This document shows, piece by piece, positions 60,541 through 64,000 of a stretch of DNA of 64,000 bases. This DNA comes from Polyangiaceae bacterium (GTDB lineage Bacteria; Myxococcota_A; Polyangia; Polyangiales; Polyangiaceae), in the NCBI GenBank assembly GCA_043717125.1, contig JAYSXP010000524.1, positions 3,936 to 67,935 on the forward strand, read 5' to 3'. The notes beneath the pieces are model-generated. The model made no database searches and had not been told where the DNA came from. It saw nothing but the letters and a program-made list of their open reading frames with translations. Each line of letters starts with the position of its first letter. Position 1 is the first letter of the stretch. The position numbers were made by a program, and so were the translations under genes.

Positions 60541-61179
60541 CTACGGAAAATCGGTGGCGGTCTGGCAACTGCGGAGCGCGTTTGCGGAGAGCTTTGCACG
60601 CTGCGCCAGCGGGATTGGCGTTCCGTCGCCCTGGACGACCGGGATCTGCAGCCAAGCAACGACGCAACGGTAACCAGGGTCGTCCTCGGCCATCGCAGGG
60701 CCGCCCTTGTGACGCTCGATCTTGAGCGGCTTGCGCAAAAAGAGCAGCTGGTTTGGGTTCTCGCCCTGCCGCGCCATGAGCCGGGACATCTCCTCCGGCT
60801 CGAGCGAGACGAGCGCCTGGAAGTTCGCGCGCTGCTCCTCGGGCTGCGTCGGCTGCTGACCCGAGACGAGGCTTCCGTCCTGGAGCGTGTAGAGGCGATA
60901 GCCCTCGCGGCTGTAGATGCGGTACGCGCGGCCCGGCTGACCGTGACAATCGAGCGAGCCGCAGCGGCGCGTGAGGTACGCGTCGACGCTCGCAACGTAC
61001 GTGGCGAAGTCGGGCGTGATCACGACGGTGAGGCGGTTCTCGTCCGGCGCCGACGCGCACGCCGCCATCGCGAGCAGGCCGCAGGCCGCGCCTCCGACTC
61101 CGAGCACCACCGCCGCGCGGATCGCGTTCACAGCCGGTCCTCCGGGCATAGCGTGACGGGCGGGTCGTCGTTCGGACAC
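60541..61179 (-). CDS. lipoprotein with atypical CX4CH motif
   Basis: Lipobox MAAC; RRCGSLDCHG and LRKP....HKGG; likely start GTG (VNAIRA) near the upstream stop. Confidence 0.68.
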   Translation of the reverse strand: MSERRPARHAMPGGPAVNAIRAAVVLGVGGAACGLLAMAACASAPDENRLTVVITPDFATYVASVDAYLTRRCGSLDCHGQPGRAYRIYSREGYRLYTLQDGSLVSGQQPTQPEEQRANFQALVSLEPEEMSRLMARQGENPNQLLFLRKPLKIERHKGGPAMAEDDPGYRCVVAWLQIPVVQGDGTPIPLAQRAKLSANALRSCQTATDFP

Positions 61180-61802
61180 TGCGCCGGGATGGGCGGCTTC
61201 GCGATGTCGACCTCGCTCTCCGTATCATACAAGCGAATTTGGCCGGGTGAGCCAAAGTCGCGGAGCCCGAGGATGTGACACGTCGCACAGGAAGCCTCGC
61301 GGCCGATGTGACTCGACATGCGGCGCGCCCGAATCGACTTTTCGGCGTCGGGCCCCTTGCCCTGCGGATCGATGACGCGTTCGACCGACACGAGCAGCGG
61401 GAACTTCAGGTTCTGGTAGTCCGCGCTCTTGACGAAGAAATTGCCGTTGCAGTTCGTGACGAAGCACTGCGTCGTCTTCTCGGGTCCGCCGATGCGCACA
61501 TAGGCCTTGTCGACGCGGCGGTCGTAGCGGTCGGGCCCCCAGAAGATCGTGCCGGCGAGGACGAACACCGAGTCCGCCGGACCGGCAGCTGAGTGGCAGA
61601 GCGCGCACGGCTCGCCGGGCCGGTGGTAGGCGCTCTCCGGCGGGTAGAGCGCGCCCTGCTCGCCGCCGAGGTTGTTCACGCCGGCGCGGTGCACCGGGTC
61701 GAGATTGCACGAGCTGCCCATGCTCCCGACGAGAGCCACACCGGCGAAGAGCATGAGGCTCTTGCCGAGTCGTTCGCGAAGCGTGTGAGGGGGACGATTC
61801 AT
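61128..61802 (-). CDS. di-heme-motif lipoprotein
   Basis: Signal ...GSSC; HRPGEPCALCH and SCATCH; TNCNGNF. Confidence 0.72.
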   Translation of the reverse strand: MNRPPHTLRERLGKSLMLFAGVALVGSMGSSCNLDPVHRAGVNNLGGEQGALYPPESAYHRPGEPCALCHSAAGPADSVFVLAGTIFWGPDRYDRRVDKAYVRIGGPEKTTQCFVTNCNGNFFVKSADYQNLKFPLLVSVERVIDPQGKGPDAEKSIRARRMSSHIGREASCATCHILGLRDFGSPGQIRLYDTESEVDIAKPPIPAQCPNDDPPVTLCPEDRL

Positions 61803-61803
61803 C

Positions 61804-63978
61804 TCAAAACTCCACGTCAAATCCTACCGAGCCGTACACGGCGGTGCGAGTGGTCACGTAGAGAGACTTCAGATAGCGCGTGTACATGACGTCGCCGACC
61901 AGCGTGATGCCGTATTTTATTTCACCTTCGGGCTCGCCAAGGCCGATGCGTACGCCGCCACCGCCCGTTCCAGTCAATAGGGGCGCGAGCTCGCGATCGC
62001 CAGTCCGGTAGAGCGGAAGCGTGATGCCGCCGTTGGGATCGAGGAGCGCAGAATAGGCGAGCTGGAAGAAATTCACTCCCGACTGGGCGTGGGCGCGCAG
62101 GTGCGGCCAGACGCGGAGGTGGCGCGAGAGATCGACCATGTAACGAGCGTCCGTAGACGTCGCCTTGAGGCCCCACGTGTCGTAGTAGAAGCGCTGCTCG
62201 AGGCGGAGCGTCGCGTTGTTGAGGCGCTTGTTGAAGCGCGCGCCGATGGCGAAGCGGTCGCGCTCGGTCGGGAGCTGCTCGAGCGGCCGAACCGGAAGCC
62301 GCGTACGGTTCACGAGGTCGACCGTGGCACCGTTGGGCACGAAGGGCGCGACCTTGTCCGGGTCGAACATCGGGACGTAGCGGTAAGGCTGAGATTGGTC
62401 GCCGCGCTCGAACTGAGCCGTTCCGCCGATGAGCAGGATGGCAGTCGGCGACATGATGAACGTGATGCCGGCTTCGACCTCGTGGGTGGTGAGCGCGCCT
62501 TTCAGCTCGTTGTAGTCGTGCTGGAAATTCTTCGGGCCACGACCGATACGGTCGTACGCATACGAGTACCCGAGCGTCGGCGTGATGAGCTTGTCGTTCA
62601 GGTCCGCGGTCAGGCGGAGGCCGCCGCTGTACGAGACATAGTCGACGGCTGACGAGATGCTGCCCGTGGCCTGCGCTCCGTAGAGGCCGGGCTTGTAGCC
62701 GGCCGTCAGGCCGCCGCCGTAACGGAACTCCTCGAAAGGTGGCGACGCGGTCGAGACGATGTCCGGCGATGCGGCGCTGACCGCATCGAGGATGAAATTA
62801 CCACCGACGTTCCAGCCGGCCGTCGGCGACGCGATCGACGCATTGATGCCCGGCGTGTACACGGCCACCGCGTTCGTGTCGGAGTATGCGGAGAGATCGA
62901 CCGCGGCGCGGATGACGATGTTCTTGCGGTTCTGTGGAAGGCACTTCTGGACGTCCTCCTGGCTCTTCGCCGCAAGCATGCACTTGATCTGGCCGGGCGT
63001 GATGTAGTCGTTCGCCGGCGGCTTCAGCGTGATGCGGACGGTGATGAACTCCTTCTCCTTGATGTCGTACTCCTCGTCGAACGTCGCAGGAAAGCCGTTC
63101 ACGCCGCCCTCGGCGACGACCTTGTGCTTGCCCGGATCGACCGAGAACTTCTTCGTCAGAGCATCGAGCGGAACCGGACGATCATCGAATTTTACCGAGA
63201 GATCCTGGACGCCCGGCGGCGGCACGAACGTGACGTGAGGGATGCGATCGAGCAGCTCCTTCACGCGCGTGCGCGCGACCTTCATCACGCCGGCGTCCTT
63301 CTTCTGGATGCCGAGTTCGAGGGCGCGCTGCGCGTCCTTCAGAGCGTCGACGAGCTTGCCGCTGCGGCTCTCGCACGACGCGAGGTGGAGACGGGTGCGC
63401 GGCTGCTCCTCGATCTTGAGGGCCGCCTTGTCCTTCTCGATGCACTCGTCGAGGCGCCCCTCCTGGTCGGCCTTGAGCGCCTCCATCATCAGCTTGATCG
63501 CGGCGGCGACGCCTCCGCCGGCGGCCGGAGTCTCTTCGTCACCGGCGCCGGCGGCCTCTCTACCCGAGCCCGTCGCCTCCTCGAACTGAGCCTTCATCGC
63601 CGGCGTGGCGTTGCCGGGGAGCTTGGCGTTCGGATCGGAGGACGCAGCGCTCTTGAAGTTCTGCTTCGCCTCGTCGGCCTGGCCGAGCTGCGACGAGACC
63701 ATGCCGAGCGCGACGTAGACCTCGCCTTTGACGGCCGGCCCGCAGCCCTTCTTGAGGCAGTTGCCGAGCTGGTCCTGGAGCTTTTTCTTCGCGGGCCCGA
63801 GGCTACTTGGGTAGTCCTCGGTCATGATCTGCTGCACCGCCTCGCGGATGGCGGCATCCTCGCCCGCAGCGCTGGCCGTCACGGGAGCCAAGAAAAGCGC
63901 GAGCCCGAGGCCGAGAGCGAGGACCACAGCCGCGAGGTCGCGTCCCAGACGTGCGCGCGTGAGCGGGCGCAGGATCAC
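61804..63978 (-). CDS. DUF3570 outer-membrane beta-barrel with N-terminal TPR/PEGA-like extension
   Basis: Signal peptide; TPR-like helices; YSDT..V.V.TP, DAVSAASPD.VSTAS, DY.S, GDQSQPYRYV, EQLP..R.R, RFYYDTWG; terminal Phe (GFDVEF). Confidence 0.8.
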   Translation of the reverse strand: MILRPLTRARLGRDLAAVVLALGLGLALFLAPVTASAAGEDAAIREAVQQIMTEDYPSSLGPAKKKLQDQLGNCLKKGCGPAVKGEVYVALGMVSSQLGQADEAKQNFKSAASSDPNAKLPGNATPAMKAQFEEATGSGREAAGAGDEETPAAGGGVAAAIKLMMEALKADQEGRLDECIEKDKAALKIEEQPRTRLHLASCESRSGKLVDALKDAQRALELGIQKKDAGVMKVARTRVKELLDRIPHVTFVPPPGVQDLSVKFDDRPVPLDALTKKFSVDPGKHKVVAEGGVNGFPATFDEEYDIKEKEFITVRITLKPPANDYITPGQIKCMLAAKSQEDVQKCLPQNRKNIVIRAAVDLSAYSDTNAVAVYTPGINASIASPTAGWNVGGNFILDAVSAASPDIVSTASPPFEEFRYGGGLTAGYKPGLYGAQATGSISSAVDYVSYSGGLRLTADLNDKLITPTLGYSYAYDRIGRGPKNFQHDYNELKGALTTHEVEAGITFIMSPTAILLIGGTAQFERGDQSQPYRYVPMFDPDKVAPFVPNGATVDLVNRTRLPVRPLEQLPTERDRFAIGARFNKRLNNATLRLEQRFYYDTWGLKATSTDARYMVDLSRHLRVWPHLRAHAQSGVNFFQLAYSALLDPNGGITLPLYRTGDRELAPLLTGTGGGGVRIGLGEPEGEIKYGITLVGDVMYTRYLKSLYVTTRTAVYGSVGFDVEF

Positions 63979-64000
63979 GCGCCGATGCTACCGGAAGTCG

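Overview
Very GC-rich, gene-dense bacterial DNA. The gene content (Ser/Thr kinases, FHA proteins, Cys-rich lipoproteins, ECF sigma module, DUF3570) suggests a myxobacterium, probably Polyangiales/Labilithrix-like; this is inference. Left half (1-36 kb): GldA/F/G-like ABC operon with a DUF4340 gene, two FGE/SUMF1-domain genes (one fused to a Ser/Thr kinase), EthA-like monooxygenase, an OmpR-type two-component pair, aroE, xseA, a biotin carboxylase, a lipase-like lipoprotein, metG, a pseudokinase, pyrimidine-nucleoside phosphorylase, a WYL regulator and a frameshifted KamA-family radical SAM gene. Several eroded gene relics sit between these genes. Right half: (i) a 16-gene single-locus Tad/Flp pilus system (37.6-52.7 kb) with two Flp pilins (one absent from the ORF track), two CpaF ATPases (one FHA-fused), two further degenerate-FHA membrane proteins and no CpaE/TadZ, resembling the myxobacterial Kil contact-killing apparatus; (ii) an ECF sigma/anti-sigma module; (iii) two convergent operons of exported c-type-heme-motif lipoproteins, a Tat substrate and a DUF3570 beta-barrel, a candidate uncharacterised envelope redox system. 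No rRNA, tRNA, CRISPR array, integrase or transposase was recognised. Family assignments come from motif recognition by eye, not from searches.
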